Below are positions 18,068 to 18,252 of a stretch of 18,252 bases of DNA, in pieces (positions within the stretch are counted from its first letter, which is position 1; each line of letters begins with the position of its first letter). The notes beneath the pieces were generated by a model. The model ran no database searches. It saw nothing but the letters and a program-made list of their open reading frames with translations, and was not told where the DNA came from. The translations under genes and the position numbers were made by a program. Source of the stretch: Octopus sinensis (lineage: Eukaryota); assembly GCF_006345805.1 (NCBI RefSeq), contig NW_021824575.1, forward strand, positions 1 to 18,252, given 5' to 3'.

Positions 18068-18252
18068 CCTGGATGGAAAGCACTCAGCATACAAAAAGAC
18101 CATGCCCGGAATCTTGAAGAAGACAGTAGAATTGACACGAAGCGCAGCCTCTCTTGGACACAAGTCCACTGCATCACATCACTCTTTGAAGGCTATGCGT
18201 TTGCAATCCAGGAACAGGAGATTGTCACAGAGTACCTGGTGGACAGAGAGAC
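18068..18252 (+). pseudogene. Fragment of a non-LTR retrotransposon ORF, post-RT region of an RLE-type (R4/Dong-like) element; runs off the window
   Basis: Frame starting at 18068 reads ...EEDSRIDTKRSLSWTQVHCITSLFEGYAFAIQEQEIVTEYLVDRE. This matches the D-x-x-x-S-x-x-W...EG-x-x-x-AIQ(D/E)Q-x-I-x-T-x-x-Y motif that precedes the CCHC knuckle in these elements. Confidence 0.75.

Overview
AT-rich, microsatellite-saturated eukaryotic non-coding DNA. The repeat families look like those of coleoid cephalopods (probably Octopus); this is recognition from memory, not a database result. No intact protein-coding gene is supportable, and nearly all listed ORFs are translations of simple repeats. The window is a stack of mobile-element debris. 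It holds at least three tRNA-headed SINE families (called A, B, C here), several nested with clear target-site duplications. It also holds a decayed hAT transposase (~9570-10246, +) and a restriction-like-endonuclease (R4/Dong-type) LINE ORF fragment at the right edge, both missed by the ORF track, plus a possible Helentron-type non-autonomous element. The most interesting signal is a set of unrelated, microsatellite-embedded, often foldback elements that each carry a type I hammerhead-ribozyme-like motif with a palindromic helix III, the architecture known from Penelope-like element pseudo-LTRs. One motif (829-941) has the C3-G8 core pair swapped to G3-C8.
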